This document shows positions 29,455-37,528 of a DNA stretch of 37,528 nucleotides, in pieces. The position numbers and the translations under genes were made by a program. The notes under the pieces were generated by a model. It saw nothing but the letters and a program-made list of their open reading frames with translations. It was not told the DNA's origin and made no database searches. How positions within the stretch are numbered: position 1 is the stretch's first letter; each line of letters begins with the position of its first letter. Origin of the DNA: a virus (lineage: Duplodnaviria; Heunggongvirae; Uroviricota; Caudoviricetes); the IMG/VR virus record IMGVR_UViG_2541047697_000003. One strand, written 5' to 3'.

Positions 29455-29688
29455 TTAATGCTGCCAGCTGTCGTCTTCCCACACCTTCTGCATAATTTTC
29501 ATCACTTGTTTTCTTTCTTCGTCCAGTTGCAGTCCGGTAAGTTCCACACCGTGAGAGCTACCTTTGCGGATACGAATTACCGTTTTGGGATACAGGGGGC
29601 GCAGATTGCGGTAAAGCTCGGATTCAAGGGCGTCTAGGATAGACTGGCTAATCTTCTGCTCTTTATCGATCATTATTTCAATGCGCAT
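29455..29688 (-). CDS. DinI-like protein (186 Tum C-terminal-like)
   Basis: 77 aa from the ATG at 29688 with GAGGTGA upstream; MRIEIMIDKEQ...LESELYRNL...IRIRKGSSHGVEL...VWEDDSWQ follows the DinI pattern. Confidence 0.7.
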   Translation of the reverse strand: MRIEIMIDKEQKISQSILDALESELYRNLRPLYPKTVIRIRKGSSHGVELTGLQLDEERKQVMKIMQKVWEDDSWQH

Positions 29689-29698
29689 AAAAGTCACC

Positions 29699-29887
29699 TC
29701 AACTGATGACATCCATTGAGCGGTTGTATTCGTGGGTTCTGATTTTTGCCATGAGTTCATCAGTCAATTCAGAAACCCACTGCAAAGCCAGCCCCTTCTC
29801 TTCATCACTACACTCACTAGCCGCTACAAGCTTAAGAAAAAAATCAATGCGCTGGAGCTTCAAAGACTCCAAAAAATAGTCCTGCAT
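29699..29887 (-). CDS. small SOS-operon protein (possible Tum N-terminal part)
   Basis: 62-aa ORF with an ATG start and strong AGGAGG, directly downstream of the LexA box; different frame from the DinI-like ORF. Confidence 0.45.
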   Translation of the reverse strand: MQDYFLESLKLQRIDFFLKLVAASECSDEEKGLALQWVSELTDELMAKIRTHEYNRSMDVIS

Positions 29888-29928
29888 CTTTCCTCCTATA
29901 ACACCAAAGAAATATTGTATACATAACC

Positions 29929-29947
29929 ACTGTTTATATTTACAGTA
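29929..29947 (-). promoter_or_regulatory. LexA (SOS) box at the promoter of the small-ORF / DinI-like operon
   Basis: aCTGTttatatttACAGta, a perfect CTGT-N8-ACAG with an AT-rich spacer, about 45 bp upstream of the 62-aa ORF start. Confidence 0.7.
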
Positions 29948-30039
29948 TATAATAATCTTACTGATGTAAAACGTTTTTTTACGTTCATCAGCCTGATATG
30001 CTTGGTATTATTAAGAGCACGAATTGTTAACCCGCGTAA

Positions 30040-30396
30040 TTAATACAGGTTCCGCCACTTATCATCTTCCTGCAAACGCTGGTTCCGATAGAAGATACGC
30101 AGGCCTGCTCCTGACGGAATACTGCCGCCGCGAAGGAGTAAATCGACCTCTTTCTCGCTACCATCAAATCCTCTGGACTTCAGTTCATAGGCGAGCTGCT
30201 GTCGCTGATGGTCTGTAATTCGCTGTTTGTAGTCTTTACGCCGTTTCGGTTTCACCAGGCGTAACCTTGCTGCCAGTTCCCGGCGCTCTTTTTTGCTCAT
30301 ACTGTGCAGGTAATCGTGCAACTCCTTGTCATCCATGCGGGTGATATCCGTTCTGGTATCCCCATCAGCTGATTTGTCTTTCCCTTGTTGGTTCAA
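30040..30396 (-). CDS. hypothetical basic protein downstream of A
   Basis: 118-aa ORF from a TTG (internal ATGs at 30336 and 30300); no clear RBS; highly charged. Confidence 0.35.
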   Translation of the reverse strand: MNQQGKDKSADGDTRTDITRMDDKELHDYLHSMSKKERRELAARLRLVKPKRRKDYKQRITDHQRQQLAYELKSRGFDGSEKEVDLLLRGGSIPSGAGLRIFYRNQRLQEDDKWRNLY

Positions 30397-32480
30397 ATTT
30401 TCAGCAAGGGGACAGTTATTGCCACGAGTCCAAGGGGACAGTTATTGCCACGAGTCCAAGGGGCGCAAGCGCCCTGGTCGGCTGCCGCCTCCTGAACGTC
30501 AACGGCCTTACGAACCATTTTCCACTTCACTGCATGAGTGCAGATTTTGCCCTCTGCAATGGGTGACCAGATGCCATAAATACGAATGCCGTGATCGCCA
30601 TAGGCGGTCGGCTCTTCGTTGATTTCATAAGCGGTTCTGATGAGGTGATATTTACGGGGAACCAGTACGCCGCCCTGCTTCATGATGTAGGTGGCAAAAC
30701 AACCAGCATCAGCTGCAGCCAGAATGGCATCAAGGCGCGGGTTATCCAGTACCGGCGCACCTGCTTTTTTGTCACCCTGTTGCCTTGCCACCTGACCAGC
30801 CAGCAATCGCAGTTCACGGTAAGCCTGACGCCCCGGAATGCCAAAGAAGCGGAATTGCTGAACACGATGCAGAGACGCCCAGGCATTAACGTATTCAGCG
30901 TTATCACGCAGAGATTTACCCGTTTCCTTGCTGATCTCGCCAGCCAGACCACGCCCGTCAATGTTCTTACTGATGTATTTCGCGATGTAGCTTGTCGGCG
31001 TTCCTTTGCGCGGGTTTATCAGCTCAGATTTAAAGCGTGGACCAGTGTTATTACCCAGTTCCTCGCGGTCTTCACGGATGGCAAACTTACGCAACAATGC
31101 AGTAATGGCGCGGCGGTCTTTTTTGCGCATGAAACACAACAGGTGCCAGTGAACTGTACCGTCATGATGCGGCTCAGCCACCCGCACGCCATACCAGCGC
31201 AACCCGGCTTTGTGCATCGCCTTACGAAATGCAGCAAACATGCCGACCAGATAATCGCTGCTTTGTCTTACCGTCGCATTTGTCCAGGTTGGGTTTGGTC
31301 TGCCGTTATTGAGCGTGGAATGGAAACGTGACGGACAGGTAATGGTGTAGAAAACGGCGCAGTCACCGCGCATTTCCGCGATAAGCTCCAGACCTTTAAC
31401 ACAGGCCATCATCTCATTGCGGCGGTGCGCCGGGTTGCTGCTGCTGGCGTTTACCACGTCTTCCATATCCAGCGTGTCGCCCTCTTCGTTCACCAGTTCA
31501 TGAGAACGGAAAAACTCCAGTGACTTGCGGCGCTGCTCACGTTTATGCATCACGGCTTCATAGCTGACATAGGGAGATGCTTTTTTGCTGACCAGGCAGA
31601 CAGCACGCAACTGCTCTTCCCGCCATTCGCAACGCATTTTCCATAATTTCCGGTACCACCAGTCGGCGCACAACATACGCGCCAGCGAACCCGGAATGAG
31701 TTCATAGGGCACGGGTTTACGGCGGTTTCTTTTCCGACGGAGTTGCTCAAACGCAGGCGGGATGACATCCAGACGCAGGGTTTCCGCTGCCACCTTTTCC
31801 CATGTCTTGCGGATTTCTTCTGGCTTAACGTCATCGGTGGCATACAAATCACCACAAGCTGCATCAAGGCACATGCTCATATGCGCAGCGACAAGGGTAG
31901 ACAGGCGTTTCACCTGATCCTGACTCATTTCAGGCAGAATCAGCAGGCCGTCCAGCCCTACATGGCTTGCCATAAAACGAAAAGATGCAGATAGCTGGCT
32001 GTCGCGTACATGCTCCAGTCGTTCCAGACATGGCTTAATCGTCTCACGTAAATAGCGGGAATAAGCCTTTGGCCTGCCCAGGCTGTTAAAGTATTCAATA
32101 CGTTGCATCAGCGGCTTGCTGATATGGGAGGGCTGGGCGCTGACGTCTGCCAGAATGACCATGTCCGGGTTAAAACGCTGCTGCTCATGCGCCAACTTTG
32201 CCCGGCTAATGAGCTTATCCTGCTCTATTTCGCGTTGGACAGGATCACGGGATTCATTAAAGAAATAACGCTCCCAGACCTGATCACTCAGTGCCTCGCG
32301 GCGCAGTTGTTCCTGCTCGTTATCGGCAGCGTACAGAGTGATCAGGTTTGAAAGCGCAGAAACCGGCGCAACTTCCGCCGGGTCCAGATAAGGGTTAATG
32401 GCCTTTTTCGGGCTGTTCCATGAGAACGATGCGGCAGCCTCGTTAAAGCCGCAGCAGTTGCTCATATCGGCATGGCTCAT
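30393..32480 (-). CDS. A: replication initiation endonuclease gpA-like (rolling-circle, HUH-Y family)
   Basis: 695-aa ORF; HWHLL (HUH-like) and SYIAKYISK tyrosine motifs; ATG overlaps the dam stop. Confidence 0.9.
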   Translation of the reverse strand: MSHADMSNCCGFNEAAASFSWNSPKKAINPYLDPAEVAPVSALSNLITLYAADNEQEQLRREALSDQVWERYFFNESRDPVQREIEQDKLISRAKLAHEQQRFNPDMVILADVSAQPSHISKPLMQRIEYFNSLGRPKAYSRYLRETIKPCLERLEHVRDSQLSASFRFMASHVGLDGLLILPEMSQDQVKRLSTLVAAHMSMCLDAACGDLYATDDVKPEEIRKTWEKVAAETLRLDVIPPAFEQLRRKRNRRKPVPYELIPGSLARMLCADWWYRKLWKMRCEWREEQLRAVCLVSKKASPYVSYEAVMHKREQRRKSLEFFRSHELVNEEGDTLDMEDVVNASSSNPAHRRNEMMACVKGLELIAEMRGDCAVFYTITCPSRFHSTLNNGRPNPTWTNATVRQSSDYLVGMFAAFRKAMHKAGLRWYGVRVAEPHHDGTVHWHLLCFMRKKDRRAITALLRKFAIREDREELGNNTGPRFKSELINPRKGTPTSYIAKYISKNIDGRGLAGEISKETGKSLRDNAEYVNAWASLHRVQQFRFFGIPGRQAYRELRLLAGQVARQQGDKKAGAPVLDNPRLDAILAAADAGCFATYIMKQGGVLVPRKYHLIRTAYEINEEPTAYGDHGIRIYGIWSPIAEGKICTHAVKWKMVRKAVDVQEAAADQGACAPWTRGNNCPLGLVAITVPLLKI
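30405..30474. repeat. tandem direct repeat (2 x 26 bp plus a partial third copy) followed by a 14-bp palindrome, inside the 3' end of gene A
   Basis: caaggggacagttattgccacgagtc at 30405-30430 and 30431-30456, then caagggg; then gggcgc-aa-gcgccc at 30461-30474. Confidence 0.8.
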
Positions 32481-33334
32481 GCACGTACTCCGTACACGGC
32501 AGAACTATCCACGCCACGCGAATAATCAAATCCCACCCAGCAGCGCGGCCCGGAAACAGCAATGATTTCTGTTGCTGATTTACTCTCACCAGCTGCTACG
32601 CCGATGCTGCGTTTTACCTTGATATAGTGGTGAGTAAAATTGCGATACAGCGAACGGATCAGGGATGTGTCACTGTTAGAAACAATGACCGGATGTCCTT
32701 CTGATGACCGATGTTCAAGAACGGATGCCAGGTGATACTGGTCATCTTCAGTAAAGCCGTCAGCGTGATAGCCGGAAAACGTACCGTCATAAGGCGGATC
32801 GCAATACACCACATCCCCCGCCTTCAACATCGCCAGCGTTTCATCAAAGCTGGCGCAGATAAACGTTGCTCGCTGGGCTTTTTCTGCAAAAGCGCGAATT
32901 TCTTTTTCAGGGAAATACGGATTTTTATAATTACCGTAGGGAATGTTGAAATGCCCGCTCTTGTTATAGCGACATAACCCACGGTAACCGTGACGATTGA
33001 GATACAGGAAATATACCGCTTTCATGAAATCAGTAATTTCAGTTGAGTAATTAAACTCCTGCCTTATGTTGTAATAAGCCACCTCCCTGTTTGCGATCTC
33101 AAATAAAACTTTGGCGCGAGATATAAACGATTCACAATCAGCGGCAACCTTTTTATAGAGGTTGATTAAATCAGGATTAATATCCGCAACCAGATAGCAG
33201 GGATAATCCGTCTCCATCATCACAGCACAGGAACCCGCGAAAGGTTCAACTAGTCGCGGACCAGCAGGAAGATGTTTTTTCAGTTCGGATATTACGGCGG
33301 TTTTATTTCCCGCCCATTTCAGGATGGTGCTCAT
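32477..33334 (-). CDS. dam: DNA N6-adenine methyltransferase (Dam-like)
   Basis: 285 aa from the ATG at 33334 with GGAGGTG upstream; [16 protein letters not shown] (AdoMet motif) and DPPY catalytic motif. Confidence 0.85.
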   Translation of the reverse strand: MSTILKWAGNKTAVISELKKHLPAGPRLVEPFAGSCAVMMETDYPCYLVADINPDLINLYKKVAADCESFISRAKVLFEIANREVAYYNIRQEFNYSTEITDFMKAVYFLYLNRHGYRGLCRYNKSGHFNIPYGNYKNPYFPEKEIRAFAEKAQRATFICASFDETLAMLKAGDVVYCDPPYDGTFSGYHADGFTEDDQYHLASVLEHRSSEGHPVIVSNSDTSLIRSLYRNFTHHYIKVKRSIGVAAGESKSATEIIAVSGPRCWVGFDYSRGVDSSAVYGVRA

Positions 33335-33558
33335 ACAGCACCTCCGTTGTAATGTTTGCCTTTCAGCTCTGCGATTTCCTGACAGGTAATGCAAAGCTGC
33401 ACACCCGGAATGGCACGGCGGCGTGCTGGCGGAATTGGCGCTTCACACTCAACGCAAAGCACGCGGGACACGCCCGGCGTTTTGGCACGGGCAGCACGGA
33501 TATGGCGCTGGCGTTCTTCTTCAACGCGCTGCTGTACGAGATCCATTGCATCAGCCAT
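33331..33558 (-). CDS. TraR/DksA-family C4 zinc-finger protein
   Basis: 75 aa; CVECEAPIPPARRRAIPGVQLCITCQ, i.e. CxxC-N17-CxxC. Confidence 0.7.
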   Translation of the reverse strand: MADAMDLVQQRVEEERQRHIRAARAKTPGVSRVLCVECEAPIPPARRRAIPGVQLCITCQEIAELKGKHYNGGAV

Positions 33559-33791
33559 TAGTGGATCTCCTGCGCTTCGTTCTGGATTGCTTCAGCAGTC
33601 ACACGCAGCAGTTCTGCCGCTTCCACGTGGTTTAGCTGACGGGATGAGATATGACACGCCAGGCTATCAAGGCGAGCTGCCATTGCTTCAGCCCTTGCCC
33701 GGCGTTCTTCCAGACGAGCCTCTGTCAGTAAAATATTAAGCCCTGCGTCATCCGGTCCGGTTTTAGTCGTGAGGGTTTCAATATTACGCAT
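33558..33791 (-). CDS. hypothetical early protein
   Basis: 77 aa from the ATG at 33791 with AGGAG upstream; helical and charged. Confidence 0.5.
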   Translation of the reverse strand: MRNIETLTTKTGPDDAGLNILLTEARLEERRARAEAMAARLDSLACHISSRQLNHVEAAELLRVTAEAIQNEAQEIH

Positions 33792-33858
33792 AATCAATTC
33801 TCCTGAATTTAGATAAAGGGATGCCCGGCGGGTTTACGCCATTAATTTCATTAGTTGG

Positions 33859-34200
33859 TTAATTCGGCATGGTTAGCCGTCTGGGAAATAAGCTCACCAC
33901 TGCACGAAAATGATTCATTGCTTTAATCAGCTCCCGCTTTTCGTCAGTGGTCAGCTCATTAATGCTGATGCTATGACGTTCAGCTGGAATTTTTGCCATA
34001 AAGAATATGGCAGCCAGTGCCCGTTTATTTTGTTCATTATTGATATCCCGTGGATCACGCATATCTTTAATAAACCGCTCAAGCTCTGACTCAATATTCA
34101 GGCCAAAAACTTTCGCCCTTAACTCCGCAATGTGATTAAGTCCATTCAGGCGTTCACCGGGGCTTAATGGAACAGTTGCTGCAGCGCCATTAATTGCCAT
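33859..34200 (-). CDS. hypothetical early protein
   Basis: 113-aa ORF with an ATG start in the early rightward operon. Confidence 0.5.
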   Translation of the reverse strand: MAINGAAATVPLSPGERLNGLNHIAELRAKVFGLNIESELERFIKDMRDPRDINNEQNKRALAAIFFMAKIPAERHSISINELTTDEKRELIKAMNHFRAVVSLFPRRLTMPN

Positions 34201-34222
34201 ACTTCATATCCCCCAAACGCAG

Positions 34223-34447
34223 CTATCGTTCTTTGTTCTTACGGTAACGCTCAAGAGGAGATACATTTTTTCGTATCGTCTCTTTAACCTGCTCTCCCCG
34301 TAAAAACGTCCCATCCTTTAACGCGAAAAAGTAACTGCCATCGCCCGACAATGACGGATAGCAACAGAGCAAATCATCTTCAGGTACTGAATAACTCTCC
34401 CCTCTGTAACGAAACTGATAAACCACTTCACTTTCTGCCGCATACAT
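34223..34447 (-). CDS. hypothetical early protein (position of 186 fil/dhr-type genes)
   Basis: 74-aa ORF with an ATG start and GGAGAAA upstream. Confidence 0.5.
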   Translation of the reverse strand: MYAAESEVVYQFRYRGESYSVPEDDLLCCYPSLSGDGSYFFALKDGTFLRGEQVKETIRKNVSPLERYRKNKER

Positions 34448-34621
34448 TTGGACTTTCTCCGTTTCCTCGTGGTCAATTTAGACAGCAATTCATCTTGTGA
34501 ATGACATGGATGCCAGCGTTTTCCATCCTCACCCGTGATCCAGCCGTGACCGTAGTGCATTGCCGGGCTTTGTTTTACCAGCAGCGATGCAAATGATGGT
34601 TCTTTCGTCAGCATAAGCACC

Positions 34622-35131
34622 TCACAGCAAACCGAATGAAGCACCGAGGCCAGTCACGGTATCAACTGCACTCGCCATCGCAGGGTTAGCCTGTAAACGG
34701 GCCTGCAATGAAACAGCAGCCAACGCCATCAGTCGTGTTACAGAGTTAATGCTGCTGATAGCATCACGACGACCTGCACTGGTTTTTACATCGCCAGATA
34801 CCGCACCTGCAGCAACACGCCCGATCTCTGCGGTTGCACTCATGACGTAATGTGGCAGTTTCTCTTTTGCCACCTCATTAATTGGTACGCATGGCAGGCA
34901 GTGAATCTGTGCCAGAAAACCATCTACCAACGTTGAATCTTCAGTCAGATCGGTAAGCAGCCAGATTTCTGGTGCGGTTAATAAATGAGGTTGAGCTGGG
35001 TTCAGCTTGTTCCGCAGAATCTGCACATTCATGCCCGCACGTTCTGCCAGTTGCACCAGATTGTGGCGCAGTGCGAATGCACGACAGGCTTCATCAAAAT
35101 GTGGATGTTTGGAAACTTGGTAATCAAACAT
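34622..35131 (-). CDS. cII: CII-like lysogeny-establishment transcriptional activator (186 CII family)
   Basis: 169 aa from the ATG at 35131; [25 protein letters not shown]...[22 protein letters not shown] is closely similar to 186 CII from memory. Confidence 0.8.
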   Translation of the reverse strand: MFDYQVSKHPHFDEACRAFALRHNLVQLAERAGMNVQILRNKLNPAQPHLLTAPEIWLLTDLTEDSTLVDGFLAQIHCLPCVPINEVAKEKLPHYVMSATAEIGRVAAGAVSGDVKTSAGRRDAISSINSVTRLMALAAVSLQARLQANPAMASAVDTVTGLGASFGLL

Positions 35132-35163
35132 GGTCAATGCCTCTGATGTATTTCAGAATCGAA

Positions 35164-35385
35164 CTAATTAAGGTTTAGATTGCATTCTGAAAGCGCATCA
35201 ACGGTCATGGCTGCTATGTTGATCATCACTTTTTCGCGTTTTTTATCTTTGCGCAAACGGTGACGGATAAGGCGTCCATCAGCCAACATGTCATTGATAG
35301 TATCGATGGACAGCCCTGTCAGCTCGCTATAGCGTTCAATAGTCACATGAGGCGTGGTAAGAGTGATTGAAATGTTAGGTCTCAT
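35164..35385 (-). CDS. apl: Apl/Cox-like excisionase and repressor of the lysogenic promoter
   Basis: 73-aa ORF, first gene of the rightward early operon, divergent from cI; HTH-like [21 protein letters not shown]. Confidence 0.7.
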   Translation of the reverse strand: MRPNISITLTTPHVTIERYSELTGLSIDTINDMLADGRLIRHRLRKDKKREKVMINIAAMTVDALSECNLNLN

Positions 35386-35510
35386 GATGCAACATTCCTC
35401 GTTTAATGATGATTAATCAGGACGAATACGGATCGTTTGTATTTTGTGAACACCATAAACATACGATCGCACGGTGAAATCGTCAAGACAAAAGTTCACT
35501 TGGAGTGACC
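35386..35510. promoter_or_regulatory. immunity switch region (divergent/face-to-face early and repressor promoters with operator-like inverted repeats)
   Basis: 125-bp intergenic between apl and cI; GTGAAC (35446-35451) and GTTCAC (35494-35499) inverted, with a GTGAAA copy between them. Confidence 0.45.
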
Positions 35511-36080
35511 ATGAATTTGGAGAAAGGCGGACGAGGCGCTATAGAGCGCATGGTAGAAGCTTATGGATTCAAGACTCGACAGGCGTTGTGCGATCATTTA
35601 GGAATCTCTAAAAGTACACTCGCCACACGCTACATGCGTGACTCATTCCCAGCAGAATGGGTAATCCAGTGCGCCCTTGAAACAGGCACCTCGCTTAATT
35701 GGCTCACAACCGGGCATGGTTCAAAGCAAACTTCAGGTAATACAAATACTATGGAAGTTGCTAAATATGTATTATCTGATGGGGCCTTGTGTGAAGACGG
35801 TTTTTATATTTTCGATAGAGAATTTCTACCGTCGGCATACAAGAATCTTTTTGTAATCACAGATAATAATTCTGAATTTATTTGTGATAAGGAATTTGAT
35901 GATATACGTGATGGTAAATGGGTAATAAGTATTGATGGCGAAATAACGATCCGTGACATTACTCGTTTACCCGGTGGAAGAATCTTCGTCGAGGGTGGAA
36001 ACAGAGCCTTCGAATGCAAGATAGAAGACATTGAAATAATTGGTAAAATTATAAGTTTAACAGTCAAGTATGTTAAATAG
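35511..36080 (+). CDS. cI: CI-like immunity repressor (186 CI family)
   Basis: 189 aa from the ATG at 35511 with GGAG upstream; N-terminal HTH (AYGFKTRQALCDHLGISKSTLATRY) and a C-terminal oligomerisation domain; resembles 186 CI. Confidence 0.8.
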   Translation: MNLEKGGRGAIERMVEAYGFKTRQALCDHLGISKSTLATRYMRDSFPAEWVIQCALETGTSLNWLTTGHGSKQTSGNTNTMEVAKYVLSDGALCEDGFYIFDREFLPSAYKNLFVITDNNSEFICDKEFDDIRDGKWVISIDGEITIRDITRLPGGRIFVEGGNRAFECKIEDIEIIGKIISLTVKYVK

Positions 36081-36095
36081 TACCGGGAGGAAATT

Positions 36096-36287
36096 ATGCT
36101 TGGTAAGGTATTTTTTGTGGTTTTGTCATGTTCTTTGTTATTAAACCCACTAGCTACCTATGCTAGAAATTATCCCTGCTCAGGGAAAAAGGGAGGTGTT
36201 TCTCACTGTACCTCTGATGGCAAATTCGTTTGCAATGATGGAACTATTAGTAAATCCAAAAAAATCTGTACTAAAAACTCACGATAA
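36096..36287 (+). CDS. small secreted Cys-rich peptide (moron between cI and int)
   Basis: 63 aa; strong GGGAGG RBS 5 nt upstream; signal-peptide-like N-terminus [23 protein letters not shown]; mature part has four Cys; AT-rich. Confidence 0.5.
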   Translation: MLGKVFFVVLSCSLLLNPLATYARNYPCSGKKGGVSHCTSDGKFVCNDGTISKSKKICTKNSR

Positions 36288-36475
36288 CTTTTGCTTTTAT
36301 ATCTGCGCCTAAAATAAAAATGAGCCACAGGTTAACCGCAAAAGTTACATGCTCACATAGCAAAAAGAATAGTCTACTTCATTATGGCTTCAGTGAGATG
36401 TATGGTCGCAGGATTTCATACATTGACACTGGTTATACATACAGTAAAAATGCTCTCTATTGGAGGGCATTTTTT

Positions 36476-37528
36476 ATGGCTGTACGAAAACTCACCACAG
36501 GAAAATGGCTTTGCGAATGTTACCCCGCCGGACGTAGTGGACGTCGTGTGCGTAAACAATTCGCCACCAAAGGCGAAGCACTGGCTTTTGAGCGTCACAC
36601 GATGGAAGAAACCGAAGCAAAGCCCTGGCTAGGTGAATCAGTGGATCGTCGAACACTGAAAGACGTGGTTGAGCTATGGTTCAAACTACATGGTAAATCA
36701 CTGACAGCTGGGCAGCATGTCTATGACAAATTGCTGCTGATGGTTGACGCTCTGGGCAATCCCCTTGCAACCGATCTAACCTCTAAAATGTTTGCCCACT
36801 ATCGAGATAAACGCCTGACAGGTGAGATCTACTTCAGCGAGAAATGGAAGAAAGGAGCAAGCCCGGTCACCATTAACCTGGAGCAAAGCTATCTAAGTAG
36901 TGTTTTTAGCGAACTATCCCGCCTGGGCGAATGGTCGTATCCGAACCCACTGGAGAACATGCGAAAATTCACCATCGCAGAAAAAGAGATGGCATGGCTT
37001 ACCCATGAGCAGATTGTTGAATTACTGGCTGATTGCAAACGTCATGACCCAATTCTGGCACTGGTAGTTAAGATATGCTTAAGCACAGGCGCACGCTGGC
37101 GAGAAGCCGTAAATCTTACTCGTTCACAGGTGACCAAATACCGAATTACCTTTGTAAGAACGAAGGGGAAGAAAAACAGAAGCATCCCTATCAGTAAAGA
37201 GCTTTACGAAGAGATCATGGCGCTTGATGGGTTCAATTTCTTCACAGACTGCTATTTTCAATTTTTATCCGTGATGGAAAAAACGTCTATCGTCCTCCCT
37301 CGCGGTCAACTGACACACGTTCTGCGCCATACGTTTGCGGCGCATTTCATGATGTCGGGTGGAAATATCCTTGCTTTGCAAAAAATCCTCGGACATCACG
37401 ATATAAAAATGACTATGCGTTACGCTCATCTGGCACCGGATCATCTGGAAACGGCGCTCCGTTTCAACCCTCTGGCAACGCTGCCAAGTGGCGACAAAGT
37501 GGCGGCAGCGGTTGGCATTACCCCGTAA
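36476..37528 (+). CDS. int: tyrosine integrase (P2/186 Int family)
   Basis: 350 aa from the ATG at 36476 with GGAGGG upstream (track ORF starts further up); C-terminal HxLRH ... RYAHL catalytic pattern; stop codon is the final triplet of the window. Confidence 0.9.
   Translation: MAVRKLTTGKWLCECYPAGRSGRRVRKQFATKGEALAFERHTMEETEAKPWLGESVDRRTLKDVVELWFKLHGKSLTAGQHVYDKLLLMVDALGNPLATDLTSKMFAHYRDKRLTGEIYFSEKWKKGASPVTINLEQSYLSSVFSELSRLGEWSYPNPLENMRKFTIAEKEMAWLTHEQIVELLADCKRHDPILALVVKICLSTGARWREAVNLTRSQVTKYRITFVRTKGKKNRSIPISKELYEEIMALDGFNFFTDCYFQFLSVMEKTSIVLPRGQLTHVLRHTFAAHFMMSGGNILALQKILGHHDIKMTMRYAHLAPDHLETALRFNPLATLPSGDKVAAAVGITP

Larger units (their letters stand above)
2621..37528. mobile_element. 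P2/186-like (peduovirus-type) prophage; left junction within 2621-2855; right end (attR) beyond the window
   Basis: Contiguous block in canonical P2 order (ogr, tail, baseplate, lysis, capsid, terminase, portal, cos, replication, immunity, int) abutting host genes grxA-ybjM-ybjL; int stop is the last codon of the window. Confidence 0.9.

Noticed and set aside
29960-29990. Imperfect inverted repeat ctgatgtaaaacg-ttttttt-acgttcatcag between the 118-aa ORF and the LexA box as a terminator
   Set aside because: The arms are only partly complementary; possibly a weak terminator separating the A operon from the SOS promoter, but not supportable by eye.
30405-30463. Possible CRISPR-like repeat
   Set aside because: Only two and a bit directly adjacent 26-bp copies with no spacers, inside a coding region; a simple tandem duplication.
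34318-34644. 108-aa minus-strand ORF between cII and the 74-aa early gene
   Set aside because: Not called as a feature because it overlaps the better-supported 74-aa gene by about 130 bp and its C-terminal half looks out-of-frame; kept as a finding.
36320-36475. 52-codon N-terminal extension of the integrase ORF given in the track
   Set aside because: The extension lacks an RBS and similarity to integrase N-termini; the ATG at 36476 has a GGAGGG RBS and gives a P2/186 Int-like N-terminus.

Overview
The window holds about 2.6 kb of E. coli-type chromosome (grxA, ybjM, ybjL) followed by a nearly complete P2/186-like prophage that runs from just downstream of ybjL to the integrase stop codon at the last base of the window, so attR is out of view. 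All calls are read from the sequence and ORF translations by eye, with family assignments from remembered motifs and gene order; no database search was run. The late region follows the canonical P2 order: ogr, D, U, T, E/E', FII, FI, then a Gin/Hin-type invertase with an invertible tail-fibre segment, I, J, W, V, S, R, lysis genes, X, L, M, N, O, divergent from P and Q. The early and immunity region is 186-like (CI, Apl, CII, a LexA-boxed DinI/Tum-like operon, A, Dam) rather than P2-like. Four visibly AT-rich insertions interrupt this backbone and are the best candidates for an undescribed system: (1) a plus-strand 328-aa protein with a PD-(D/E)xK-like motif between V and S; (2) a PIN-like 361-aa protein between Q and the putative cos site; (3) a KAP-type P-loop NTPase in the old/tin slot on the other side of cos; (4) a 63-aa secreted Cys-rich peptide between cI and int. 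ORF-track starts that are TTG/GTG were moved to the nearest ATG where sequence or phage homologues supported it.
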